The notes under the pieces were generated by a model. It ran no database searches and was not told the origin of the DNA. It saw only the letters and a list, made by a program, of their open reading frames with translations. Positions 33,035 to 43,784 of a DNA stretch of 64,000 bases are shown in pieces; the first letter of the stretch is position 1; every line of letters starts with the position of its first letter. A program made the translations under genes and the position numbers. The DNA lies in contig CAWJMT010000005.1 of assembly GCA_963844035.1 (NCBI GenBank), forward strand, positions 203,336-267,335, written 5' to 3'. Source of the stretch: an uncultured Gemmatimonadales bacterium (GTDB lineage Bacteria > Gemmatimonadota > Gemmatimonadetes > Gemmatimonadales > GWC2-71-9).

Positions 33035-34795
33035 CTACTGTTTGATGACCGATAGCAGTCCGCCGCGTACGCTGTGCCAGAGAAACGCGATCAGCGATTC
33101 CCGGCGCAGGTAGATGTGGTTGATCGCACCGGTGAGTGGTGGGTTTGTCCCATCGGGATTGTCGTTGCGCACCATCAACTGGTTCGCCGCAAACGACGCG
33201 ATGCCCCGCGCGGCGCCGCCGAAGAGCCCGCCGTTGCCCAGGATCCCCGTGGACCCCTTGCGGGTGATCGATACCGACAGGTTGCTGAATAGCGGCGTGA
33301 TGCTCCCGGATGCCACGCCGTTCTTGACGACGATGCTGAAGGTCCCCCCGGCCACCTCGCCGTTCTCGATCCGCACGCCGCCGAGCTGCGCGACGAACGG
33401 GTTGAAGTCCAGCGCCGACATCGGGCCCAGGGTGCCGCGGAGACGCATGTCGAACTGTGGCGCGTCGAGGGGTATTGAGACCCGCAGATCCAATTGCCCC
33501 GCGTGCTGGACCTGGGCCCTGACGCTGAGGGTCATGGGATCCTCGGTCGTCCGCCGCCCGACGAAGTGGCTCACGTTGGCCCCGGCCGCCTCGATGCTCG
33601 TGAAGCTGATCACTCCGGGGCGCACCCGGCCGACGGCGTGCTGGCGGTAGATCACCGCGCCATTCCGCACCCGGAGCGAGTCCACGCTGACGGTCTCGTC
33701 CAGATCCGCGATCCAGCGCTGCGGGGTGCGGTGCGCGGAGCCGGGGGTGAAATCCGGCAAACGCTTGTCGCTGGTCACATCGATCCGGAACGAGTCCACT
33801 TCCACGCGCCGCGCCCGTACCCCCTGGCCGAAGAACAACGCGCCGAAATCGATCCCGTCCGCGGTGATCCGGCCGACGGCGAGCTTGATGAGGGCGTGGC
33901 GGTCCCGCCGCCCCCGTCTGAACGCGGCCCCGCTCTCGCTCGGCTCGAACGTGACGTTGCGGATCTCCATGGTCGAGTCGGTGAGGCTGGTTCGCAGCAG
34001 GCCGACGCGTACCGCCGTGGCGCGGTCCGGGTGCGTGACGAAGTTGCTCGCCCCCAGCTCGATCCTGCGGCTGAACAGCGGCCGAGACGCTGCGCTGCTG
34101 TCGCTGGGATCGATCACCACGTCTGTCATGCTCCACTCGAGATGCTCGAGCTCGAGCCCGATCGCCCCAATGGCTGTCCGCGGCAGCCGAATGTCGAGGG
34201 CGAGGCGCGGAAACACGACCTGCGCGAGGCGGATGCGCGGCGCGTACGACGGCAACCGGACGGCCTGCTGGATTACGAGAAAGGCCTCCCGCTCTTGGAA
34301 ATCGAGCTTGGCCCGCGCAACCACGCGCGCGCCCGGCACGACGCGAGGACGGCGCGGCATCTGGACCATGAGGGTCCCCGACTCGCACCCGAACGATTCG
34401 GCGATGAGGCCGCCGCTGAACACCAGGGCGAAGAAATCGACCCCCGTGATGCCGCAGCGGTACAGCGCCAGGCGCAGGCCCGGGAGTGGTTGCGTCCGGT
34501 GCTCGTTGAGGGCGCGCCGCGTCGCGAGCGCGAGGGAGTCCACCGCGATGCCGGGGGGGATCGTCCAGTCAAAATGCACCTGCCCCATCCGCAGCTGGTA
34601 CACGCCGCCCGACCCCTGGTCGATCGCTCCCACGACCCAGTTGTGCAACAGTTTCCTGCCGATCCAGGTGGCGCGCCACACGAGGCCCCCGGCGGAAATG
34701 GCCACGAGCAGCACGGCGATGATGGCGAGGTCGATGGACTTGCGCCGTCCGAACACCAGCCGGAGCCAGCGGCGCGCCGTGATCGTTCTGGTCAT
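33035..34795 (-). CDS. membrane-anchored AsmA/DUF748-like protein
   Basis: 586-aa intact ORF, single N-terminal TM, beta-rich body. Confidence 0.6.
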   Translation of the reverse strand: MTRTITARRWLRLVFGRRKSIDLAIIAVLLVAISAGGLVWRATWIGRKLLHNWVVGAIDQGSGGVYQLRMGQVHFDWTIPPGIAVDSLALATRRALNEHRTQPLPGLRLALYRCGITGVDFFALVFSGGLIAESFGCESGTLMVQMPRRPRVVPGARVVARAKLDFQEREAFLVIQQAVRLPSYAPRIRLAQVVFPRLALDIRLPRTAIGAIGLELEHLEWSMTDVVIDPSDSSAASRPLFSRRIELGASNFVTHPDRATAVRVGLLRTSLTDSTMEIRNVTFEPSESGAAFRRGRRDRHALIKLAVGRITADGIDFGALFFGQGVRARRVEVDSFRIDVTSDKRLPDFTPGSAHRTPQRWIADLDETVSVDSLRVRNGAVIYRQHAVGRVRPGVISFTSIEAAGANVSHFVGRRTTEDPMTLSVRAQVQHAGQLDLRVSIPLDAPQFDMRLRGTLGPMSALDFNPFVAQLGGVRIENGEVAGGTFSIVVKNGVASGSITPLFSNLSVSITRKGSTGILGNGGLFGGAARGIASFAANQLMVRNDNPDGTNPPLTGAINHIYLRRESLIAFLWHSVRGGLLSVIKQ

Positions 34796-34976
34796 CTGAT
34801 CCTGCTGGGCAGAGTTCTCGACATTACGTATAGGTATGTCCGAACCACCCCCGGCAGGTATCGCTCAATGGGGGAATGGCCGAGCGACGTAGTCACTCGA
34901 ACGAAGTAGTTCTTCATGGCGAGGCGTCGCGACTATTATTGAAGCGGCGATCGCTATCCCCCTCTAGGAGGTCTGC

Positions 34977-36972
34977 GTGCGAAACGTTGCGCCCATTCTC
35001 GTGGGGGCCCTGCTCGCGACGGCACCGCTCGTCGTGGCGCGTGCGCAATCGCGTCCCGCCCCCACGGCGGACCCCACGGGGACGGCGACGGGAGCGCGCC
35101 CGATCCCCGGGCCCGTGTATGAGTCGCCGGGATTCAGCCGCGCCGTGAAGCGCGGCACCCGCACCCGCAGCGGCGCACCCGGTCCCAAGTACTGGGTGCA
35201 GCATCCGCGCTACGAGATCGAGGCGACGCTGGACGTGGGAACCCACGTCGTGACGGGCCGCGAGACCGTGGTGTACCGCAACTACTCGCCCGACACCTTA
35301 GACCGGCTCGCCGTGCATCTGCGCCAGAACGCCTTCGCCGCAGGCAGCCCGCATCGCGACCCCGCGCCGATCACGGGGGGCGTGAAACTGGAACGAGTCG
35401 TGGTGAATGAACGCGCCGTGGTGCCGGTCGCAGGCGTAAAGCGGCCGCGCAATCCCGGTGAGTACGCGGTGGACGCCACCGTCATGTGGATCGCGCTCGC
35501 CACGCCGCTCCTCCCGGGCGACAGCCTGCGCTTCGAGACCGCCTGGTCCTACACGCCGCCGCTCGTCGCCGTCGGACGGCCGCCAGGGGCGCGAGGACCA
35601 CCTGTATTTGATGGGTTACTGGTATCCGCAGATCGCCGTGTACGACGACGTGGACGGCTGGGTGGCGGAGCCCTACCTGCTCGAGGCGGAGTTCTACATG
35701 GATCCCGCCGACTACGACGTGCGGGTGACCGTGCCGCGCGGCTGGGTGGTCGGCGCCACCGGCACGCTGCGCAATCCCGCGGACCTCCTGACGCCGGCGG
35801 CGCGCGACAGTCTCGCCGCCGCGAGGGCGTCGGGACGTGTGGTCCGCATCGTCACGCCTGACTCGAGCGCGCGCCCACGCCTTCGCGCGCGGCGCCGGCG
35901 ACCAGGCGACGTGGCACTTCACCGCCACCGACGTGCGAGACTTCGCGTGGGGGACGAGCGATCGCTACGCGTGGGACGCGACGCGAGCGCTGGTCGGCGT
36001 CCGACACGGTCGCGATCCACAGCTTCTTCCGCCTGTCGGCGCCCGCCGCGGCGTGGGCGCGGGGGGGCGCGCGCTTCACGCGCGACGCGGTGCAGCAGCT
36101 GTCGGCCGAGCTCTGGGCGTATCCGTATCCCCAAATGACGTCGATGGAGGGCGTGCTCGACGGGGGCGGGATGGAGTACCCGATGCTGACGATCATGCAG
36201 CCGTGGTCCGACACGATGTCGCTCGCCGGCGACCTGATGCACGAGACCGGGCACATGTGGTTCCCGATGCAGGTCGGATCGAACGAGACCCGCTACCCGT
36301 GGATGGACGAGGGGTTCACGCAGTACAACACGGCGCAGGCGATGCGGGTGTTGTACCATGAGCCCCGCGTCGGGGGCCGGGTCAACGATGCCGAGCCGGG
36401 GCAACGCGCCACGTACCTCCGGGCGGCGCGCGCCGGCGCGGAAATGCCCCTGATGGTACATGGAGACGACTACCCGCCGTCGCTGTACTACATCATGTAC
36501 TACAACAAGACGGCGCAGGTGCTCGCGGCGCTGCGCGGGGTCATCGGCCCCAAGGTGTTTCATCAGGCCTTTGTCGAGTACGGCCGCCGCTGGATCGGCC
36601 GGCACCCCGAGCCGTGGGACTTCTTCAACACCATCGCCACTGCGGCGGGGCGCGATCTCTCGTGGTTCTGGGCCACCTGGTTCTATCAACCGTGGTCACT
36701 CGACCAGGCGATCGACTCCGTCAAGTCCGCCGGCGACTCGGTGACGATCACCATCGCCGACCGCGGCCTCGCCCCGATGCCCGTACTGCTCGCGGTGACG
36801 CGCGCTGACGGCAGCGTGCAGCGCCGCCTGCTCCCGGCCACTGTCTGGCTGCGCGGCGAGCGGCGCGTGCGGGTGCGGGTGGCGCGCGCCCCCAAGATCG
36901 TGCGGATCGAGATCGATCCCACGAGCGCGTTCCCGGACCTGGACCACGACAACCAGGTCGTGGGTGCCATGA
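34977..36972 (+). CDS. secreted M1 family aminopeptidase (frameshifted)
   Basis: AGGAGG SD, GPKYWVQ, WYPQIAVYDD, GGMEYP, HETGHMWF...WMDEG. Confidence 0.88.
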
Positions 36973-37671
36973 AGGTCGTCCTGTTCGGCGCGACGGGCAT
37001 GGTGGGGCAGGGCGTGTTGCGCGAATGCCTGCTGGCCCCGGACGTGGAGCGGGTCCTCAGCGTCGTGCGCCGCGCCACCGGGCAGCGACACGCGAAGCTC
37101 GTGGAGCTCGTGCACGAGAACTTTGCCAATTTCGATGCGCGTCGCGTCGCAGCTCACGGGCTACGACGCCTGCTTTTTCTGTCTCGGCGTGGCGTCGGCG
37201 GGAATGACCGAGGATGCCTACGCGCGGGTGACCCTCGACATCACCGTTGCGGCCGGGACCACGCTCGTCAGGCTCAACCCGGGGATGACGTTCGTGTTCG
37301 TATCCGGCGCCGGCACCGATTCGAGTGAGCGGGGGAGCAGGATGTGGGCGCGAGTGAAAGGGAAAGCCGAGAACGCGCTGCTCGCCATGCCGTTCAAGGC
37401 CGCGTACATGTTTCGGCCGGGATTGATCCAGCCGCTGCACGGCATCTCGTCCCGGACCAAGGCGTACCGGATGTTCTATGCCGTGTTCGGGCCGCTGTTT
37501 CCCGTGGCGCGGGCGCTGTTTCCGAGCTCCGTCACCACCACCGAGCAGATCGGGCGCGCCATGCTCCGGGTGGCGCGGGAGGGGGCGCCCAACCGGGTGC
37601 CCAAGCAGGTGTTTGAAGCCCGCGACATCATCGCGCTCGGGCGTCGAACGGAGACGGTCGCAGGGCATTGA
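36969..37671 (+). CDS. NAD(P)-binding epimerase/SDR-like protein (frameshifted)
   Basis: LFGATGMVGQG, DACFFCLG, WARVKGKAEN. Confidence 0.85.
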
Positions 37672-37681
37672 AGCCTGAGCC

Positions 37682-39757
37682 ATGTGTTGTTGCGGTCGCG
37701 GGGCTGCTCGCCGCGTTGAGTCTGATCCCCCCCCGCGCGCGGTGGCGGCGCAAGCGTGCCCTGCGCGGGTGACGGCGCTGGTGCTCTCGGGTGGCAGCGC
37801 GCGCGGACTGGCTCACATCGGCGTGCTCCAGGTGCTCGACAGCCTCGGCGTGCGACCCGATCTCATCGTCGGCACCAGCATGGGTGCCGTCGTCGGGGCG
37901 CTCTACGCCTCGGGCTTCAGGGCGACGCAAGTCGACTCGATCATCCGCGCGGCCAACCTGGGCCACCTGTTTCAACGCTACACCCCGCGCCGGCCGCAGG
38001 GGTTCGGCGGCACGCAACCGCTGGTGATGTGGTCCCGGGCGGCGGGGGGGATCACGCTGGCCGCGAATCCGGTTCAGAGCGCCGAGCTCAACGCCAAAGT
38101 GGCCGGTCTCATGCTGCGCGGGAATCTCCTGGCGCGCGGCGACTTCGATCGGTTGCCGATTCCGTTTCGCGCCGTCGCGACGCGGCTCAACGACGGGACC
38201 GGGGTGGTGTTCCGGGGCGGCGACCTGGGCCGGGCGGTGCGGGCGAGCATGTCCATTCCCATTGTGTTCGAGCCCGTATCGGTCAACGGCGTCCGCATGG
38301 TCGATGGGGGCCTCGTCGCGAACGTACCGGTCGGGTACGCGCGCGCCGAGGGCGCCGAGCAGGTGATCGTCTCCGACGTGTCGGAGGGTCTGGCCGATAC
38401 GGTCGGACTCGCCGGCTCGGCACCGCCGGTGCGGGTCATCACCCACCTGGTGAGCCTGTTGTCGAGTCAGCCCCCCGACTCCCTGGGGCCTGACGACGCG
38501 ATGGTGCGTATGACCCTCATGCACTATCCCATGCTTGATTTCGCGGACGCCAAGATTTCGGCGCTCATCGCGGAAGGGCGACACGCCGCCACGCAGGCGC
38601 TGGCGGGCGCGCGCTGCCTGCCTCGCGGTGAGCGGAGGGCTTCCGCCACCCAGCTCCCCACGACGATCGGCGCCGTTCACGTCGACAGCGTTGACGAACA
38701 GGTCGCGCACGAGTTCACGCGCATGCTCGGGCTGACCCCCGGCGAGCCGCTCGATCCCGGCAAATTGCGAGAAGAGCTGCTCGCCTTCCCCGTGCTGACG
38801 GATGCGCGAGCGATCTGGCTCTCGCCCACCGGGGGCGGCGACACGGTCGACTTCCGAGTCACGATCGAACGGCCCCATGACCTCGTGGTGGGGCTGGGCC
38901 TGGCCTACGATTACGATCAAGGTGGCCGTCTCTGGCTGGGGAGCGGCGGCCGGCTGCCGATCGCCGGAGGCATCACCGCCTGGTCGTGGCTTGCCGCCGA
39001 CCGCTTCAAGCAGGCGCTCGCGATCGGATTCGCGCACAGCAGCCTGTGGCGCGGGGGCGTCCTGTCGCTGGGCCTGAACGCGCGCGGCACGAGCGAGCAG
39101 ATCCGCGTATTCGACAGCGACGGTCTGGAAGGCGGTCCGCTGCAAACCAATGAGCTGCTCTGGTTCGCCGGCGTCGAGCCGCAGCTGAGCGAGCACTGGC
39201 AGGGCGCGCTCGGTCTGGAGGCTCGGAGCTGGAGCGAGCCCGGTCGCACGACCTCGGGTGGGGGCGCGCGGGTGCGGCTGCAGCAGGTGGACGGCAACGG
39301 GGCGCCGCTGGTGCAGATTGAGGCGAATATCACCAACGCCTACCAGCGGGTCAGTGCGACCGGTGAATTGCACGCGAAAGTGCTCGCGAGCGGCCGCCTC
39401 GAGGCGGTGCCATTCGGGCGCTACGGGTGGGGCGAGGACCTGCCGCTCCAGGCGACGTTCCCCCTGGGCGGCACCGATGGGTTCCCCGGCCTGGTCCTGG
39501 GCGAGCGGCGGGGGAGCCGCGAGGTGCTGGCGGGTCTGCGCCTGCAGTACGCGCTGGGCGGCGGGCTGTTCGCGGAGCTGAGCGGTCAGGGCGGCGCCAC
39601 CGCCGATGAGGGGGGCGCCATACCGGATTCGATGTGGGTGTGGGGTGGCAGGCTGGGGTTCCGCGTCGACACCCCGGTGGGAAGCCTGCGCTTCGCCTAC
39701 GGGCACAACTCGCTCGGCCGCGGCAACGCCTTCGTGCGCGTCGGCTCCTGGTGGTGA
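37682..39757 (+). CDS. patatin-like phospholipase with C-terminal Omp85-type barrel (PlpD-like); start uncertain
   Basis: LSGGSARGLAHIG, GTSMG, DGG; C-terminal DTPVGSLRFAYG...VRVGSWW. Confidence 0.85.
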   Translation: MCCCGRGAARRVESDPPPRAVAAQACPARVTALVLSGGSARGLAHIGVLQVLDSLGVRPDLIVGTSMGAVVGALYASGFRATQVDSIIRAANLGHLFQRYTPRRPQGFGGTQPLVMWSRAAGGITLAANPVQSAELNAKVAGLMLRGNLLARGDFDRLPIPFRAVATRLNDGTGVVFRGGDLGRAVRASMSIPIVFEPVSVNGVRMVDGGLVANVPVGYARAEGAEQVIVSDVSEGLADTVGLAGSAPPVRVITHLVSLLSSQPPDSLGPDDAMVRMTLMHYPMLDFADAKISALIAEGRHAATQALAGARCLPRGERRASATQLPTTIGAVHVDSVDEQVAHEFTRMLGLTPGEPLDPGKLREELLAFPVLTDARAIWLSPTGGGDTVDFRVTIERPHDLVVGLGLAYDYDQGGRLWLGSGGRLPIAGGITAWSWLAADRFKQALAIGFAHSSLWRGGVLSLGLNARGTSEQIRVFDSDGLEGGPLQTNELLWFAGVEPQLSEHWQGALGLEARSWSEPGRTTSGGGARVRLQQVDGNGAPLVQIEANITNAYQRVSATGELHAKVLASGRLEAVPFGRYGWGEDLPLQATFPLGGTDGFPGLVLGERRGSREVLAGLRLQYALGGGLFAELSGQGGATADEGGAIPDSMWVWGGRLGFRVDTPVGSLRFAYGHNSLGRGNAFVRVGSWW

Positions 39758-39761
39758 TCCC

Positions 39762-40343
39762 CTAGGCGGGCCTCCCGGCCTCCGTCGCTTCCCGAATCTC
39801 GTTCAGACGTCCGGTCTTCACGTCGAAGATGTACCCGTAGATCGTCACCTTCCGGGAGACCAGTGGATGGTTGCGAATGCGGCGCACGTCCGCGGTCACG
39901 CTTTCCGTTTGATTCTTGATCGTGAGCCAGTCGATGTAGCCACCTTCCGCTGACCCCGGGCCGTTCCCCACATCGTGAAAGCCGTCCGGCTGGAGCGTCG
40001 CCGTCTCGAGGCTCTGGGCCAGGAGGGCGCGCATCGTTTCGTCGGTGAAGTACTCCTGGCCGCAATTCGTGTGGTGAATGACGAACCATTCCCGTGTGCC
40101 CTGCAGCTTGTACGAAATCACCAGGGAGCGGATCGCGTCATCGCTGGCTCGGCCGCCGGCATTGCGGATCACATGGGCGTCGCCTTCAGCCAGCCCGGCG
40201 AATTTCGCCGGATCCATACGCGCGTCCATGCAGGTCAGGATCGCAAAGCGACGGGCCGGCGGCATCGGGAGATTGGCCCGGTCCCCAAAGCTTGCGGCAT
40301 AACGAGCGTTTGCCGCCAGGACTTCGTCGAGCACCTTGCTCAC
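39762..40343 (-). CDS. beta-class carbonic anhydrase
   Basis: CMDAR, RNAGGR, HHTNCG zinc ligands. Confidence 0.92.
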   Translation of the reverse strand: MSKVLDEVLAANARYAASFGDRANLPMPPARRFAILTCMDARMDPAKFAGLAEGDAHVIRNAGGRASDDAIRSLVISYKLQGTREWFVIHHTNCGQEYFTDETMRALLAQSLETATLQPDGFHDVGNGPGSAEGGYIDWLTIKNQTESVTADVRRIRNHPLVSRKVTIYGYIFDVKTGRLNEIREATEAGRPA

Positions 40344-40467
40344 GTATCATCTCCCTTGGGTGACGTTGCACGATTCGCCAGCGCGGTCGCGAATCTACGC
40401 AGGGAGGAGTTTGTCGGACAAGGCGTCGAAACCGGCTGGCTGCGGGCGTCCGTATGGCGTCACACCT

Positions 40468-41353
40468 ATGCGACCCTTCTTCACTATCTCGTGTGCCGCC
40501 GCTCTGCTCGTGTGGGGAGCCCTCGGCACTCCGGCAGCTGCGCAGGACACCGCGACCGTCGCGGAGCTCAACACCTTCCTGGATCGCTGGCATCACGCCG
40601 CGGCGATCGCCGATGAAGCGGCCTACTTCGAGGCGCTCGACTCGACCGCGGTGTACCTGGGGACGGACCCCGAGGAGCGGTGGTCGAAGCAGGCGTTCCG
40701 CGAGTGGGCCAAGCCGCAGTTCGCGAAGAGCTCCGCCTGGGACCTCACGCCCTTACGACCGCCACGTCACGCTCGGGCCCGGCGCCGACTTGGCCTGGTT
40801 CGACGAGAAGATCAAGTGGTTCGACAAGCGGCTCAATACCTGGATGGGGACCTGGCGGGGGACGGGAGTGGTCCACCGCACCGCGGCGGGATGGCGAATC
40901 CTGCAATACAACCTGACCATGGAGCTACCGAACGACCGGCTCGGCGACGTTGTCCATCTGCTGCGCGTATCCCGCGCCGTGGACCCGGGCGACCGGAAAG
41001 ACATCTTAGCGGTCACCCATGAATACCTCCAGGCGCGCGAGACGCAGAATCCGGTGCGGCTGGGGAAGGTGATGGCCCCGGACGCGCGCGTGGGGCTCGT
41101 CAGGGGCGATTCGATCGCCCGGAAGGGTTGGCCCTTTGCCATGCGAGTGGCGCGCGACTCCATCCCCGAGGTCACCGTGCTCGGCGACGGCACCGTCGCC
41201 GTCGTCTGGGCGCCATTTTCGTCCTATGAGGGGGCGAAGGTCACGGGGTGCGGACTGGCGCAGTTCCAGCTGATGAAAACACCGCCGGGGTGGCGCATCG
41301 CGTCGATCCTGGTGCATCAGCGCGAGGCGTGCGGCGGGTCCGAAAAGAAGTGA
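40468..41353 (+). CDS. secreted tandem SnoaL/NTF2-like protein (frameshifted)
   Basis: WHHAAA, LGTDPEERW, AWFDE, GWRILQYNL; second NTF2 domain VWAPF...GWRIAS. Confidence 0.75.
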
Positions 41354-41380
41354 ATGAGTGTTAGACGAAGAGGTTGTTCA

Positions 41381-41455
41381 CGATTACGCACGCCGGCCGA
41401 AGCGCGCGAGTAAACTCGCGGCTCGGCCGCTGCCCGTAAACGGGCGTAGTAACCG
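41381..41455. repeat. structured palindromic intergenic element (REP-like)
   Basis: Nested hairpins CGCGAG-TAAA-CTCGCG inside CGGCCGA..TCGGCCG, plus GCCCG-TAAA-CGGGC. Confidence 0.55.
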
Positions 41456-41477
41456 GTCGCTCGATCATCAATAAGAC

Positions 41478-42374
41478 CTAGCGGAAGTGGAGCCCGATCC
41501 CTACGTACGAGATCGACTCGAAGAAGAACTGACCCCACGGCGTGGGTCCCTTGAATGCTTCGAGCAGCAGGCTCCAGGTCCGGCCCAGTCCCTGATGCGC
41601 CGGTCCCGGGGGCCCGAGCTCGACGCCCGCCCGCACGCTCCACGACAGCTGCAAATCCGGCTCTTGCCACGACTGCACGTCGAGCGCCGCGACCACGCGC
41701 GCCGCTTCGCGGACCCCGGCGTGAAACAGCGGCTGGTGACGGCGGTACTCCACGCCGGCCTGGAACACGCCGTCTTTCATCGGCTGGGGCGCGTGCACGA
41801 ACACGTAGTCGCCGCCCGCGTACAGCCTCCAGTCCGCGAGGTTGTGCGACAGGAGCAGTTGAATGCCGTCGTATGACACGTTGAGCCGCTCGGGGTTTTC
41901 CCGCAGCAGGTATTCGTCGCCCAGGTGCGAGCTTTGATGGTGCAGCGCGAGGCGCGCGGAGAAGCTCCCACGCCGGTAGGTGACCGGAAGACCGACCACG
42001 TAGTCCGCGTTGACGAGGTCGGTGGACTGTGTCCCAATCTCGAACTGCGAGAACACCCCTCCCGACAGGTCGATCTGCCAGCCGTCGCCGGGCCGGCGGC
42101 CAGGCCACCGCACCAGGCCGAACGTCTCACCCGAGTCCGATGGCCCCGATCTGCCGGTCGAGCACGGGTGAATCGGTCCCCAGGTAGCTGGCCTGGAACT
42201 GCGGCTCTTTCAGATCGGCGATGAGGGGGGTGAACATGTAGCCCACGGGGAGAATTTCGGCCCCTCGCGGTGGAGCGCTGTCGGTGCCCAACGCAACGCC
42301 CTGCGCCGCAGCGCGGGGAGGAGCAGGCACGAGAGCAGGGCGAGGGCAAGCACGGCACCCTCCCCGCGCGTCAC
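41478..42374 (-). CDS. DUF1207-like outer-membrane protein (frameshifted)
   Basis: PLIADLKEP, DLVNADYVVG, HQSSHLGDEY, C-terminal GIGLHFR. Confidence 0.75.
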
Positions 42375-43600
42375 GGCCGCTTGGTCACTTTGCCGATGGC
42401 GTTGATCAGGTCGCCCAAGTCGTACGGCTTGAGGACCGACGGCTGGCCGCACTCCTCCAGAAAGCGGCGGGTCTCATCGCGCGCGCGGTCGCCGGTGACA
42501 AACACGAAGCGGCGCGCGAGCTGGGGCCGCTCGTCCACCAGCTGCTCCCACAGGGCCCGGCCGCCGAGGCGGGGCATCTGGAGGTCGGTGACCACCGCGT
42601 CGAATCCCGCGGTGGTGGGCCCGAGCCGCTCGACCGCCTCGAGGCCGTTTTCCACCGCCACCACCTCATGACCTTCGCGCTCGAGCAGCAGGCGCATGGC
42701 CTGGCGGTTCACCGCGTCGTCGTCCACCACGAGGATCCGGAGCTTGGGCAGCGACGGCGTGGTGGCGGTCGTCTGGGCCAGCGGCGAGAGCACGCTCTTC
42801 GGGAGGGTGACGATCACCTCCGCGTTGCCGATCGCACGCGGCCGCAGCCGCAGCGTGCCGCCGGCCGACTGCGCCAGCGCGCGCGCCAGCGCGAACTCGA
42901 TCTCCCCGCCGCCGCCCTGGGTGAACCGGAACGGCGACACGAGCCGCTGCTCCGCCTCGACGGAGAGGGGCGCGCCCGAGTCGGACAGCCCGATCGTGAG
43001 GGATTGCCCGATATCCACCACGGCCACCCGCAGCTCGCGCGGCGGTTGGCTGTCCCGCAGGCGGCGGAGCGAGAAGTCGAGCAGGCGGGTGAACATCTCG
43101 GTGAGCTGCGCCATCGGGCAGGCGACCATCGGGAGGTCGTGGGGGATGCTCCGGTCGAGCTTCACCCCCAGCTCGCGCAGCGTCACCTCGCGCTCGGCCA
43201 GCACGCCGTTCAGCACCACCGCCGCGTCGGACGGCTCCGCCGCGCCGATCGGATGCTCGGCCAGCTCCAGGAAGTGCTGCGTGATCTCCGCCGCACGGCG
43301 GACCTCGCCGTGCAGCATCATCAGGGCGCGGGCCCGCTCCGGATCGAGCGGGCTGCCGTGCAGCAGGTCCGCCAGCGCGCCGATGGCCGCCAGGCGGTTG
43401 TTCAGCGCGTTCAGCACGTTGGCCGACCCCTCATCCAGCGCGACGCGCTTCACCTCTACGGGTGGGGCGGGACGGGTGGGCGCGGGTTTGGGGAGCGTGG
43501 GTCCGGTGGGGCGCCGCGCGCTCGCGCGCTGGCGCCCGACCAGGAAGCCGAGCACCCCGCACACCAGGCCGCCGAATGCGAACGAAATCCAGAGTTCCAT
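42371..43600 (-). CDS. degenerate (pseudo) histidine kinase fused to a receiver domain
   Basis: N-terminal TM, HisKA/HATPase-like spacing with altered boxes; REC VDDD..TDLQMP..TG..KP. Confidence 0.8.
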   Translation of the reverse strand: MELWISFAFGGLVCGVLGFLVGRQRASARRPTGPTLPKPAPTRPAPPVEVKRVALDEGSANVLNALNNRLAAIGALADLLHGSPLDPERARALMMLHGEVRRAAEITQHFLELAEHPIGAAEPSDAAVVLNGVLAEREVTLRELGVKLDRSIPHDLPMVACPMAQLTEMFTRLLDFSLRRLRDSQPPRELRVAVVDIGQSLTIGLSDSGAPLSVEAEQRLVSPFRFTQGGGGEIEFALARALAQSAGGTLRLRPRAIGNAEVIVTLPKSVLSPLAQTTATTPSLPKLRILVVDDDAVNRQAMRLLLEREGHEVVAVENGLEAVERLGPTTAGFDAVVTDLQMPRLGGRALWEQLVDERPQLARRFVFVTGDRARDETRRFLEECGQPSVLKPYDLGDLINAIGKVTKRP

Positions 43601-43695
43601 GGCCACCTAAGCTACGCATCTTGGGACCGCGCGTCCAACAGCAAGCAGGCGATCGGCTTGAAATGGGGGGACCGGCGCTCTAGGTTTCTCGGCCC

Positions 43696-43777
43696 GCCCT
43701 GGTGGTGAAATTGGTAGACACGCTGTCTTGAGGGGGCAGTGGCGCAAGCCGTCCCGGTTCGAGTCCGGGCCAGGGCA
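43696..43777 (+). tRNA. tRNA-Leu (GAG)
   Basis: Acceptor GCCCTGG/CCAGGGC, anticodon CTGTC-TTGAGGG-GGCAG, long variable arm. Confidence 0.95.
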
Positions 43778-43784
43778 TTCCCAA

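Noticed and set aside
34830..34892. Sixth copy of the promoter motif on the minus strand before the AsmA-like gene
   Set aside because: Only a loose match (ATTCCCC-N7-CGATA) lacking the TAA-TC part; not counted.
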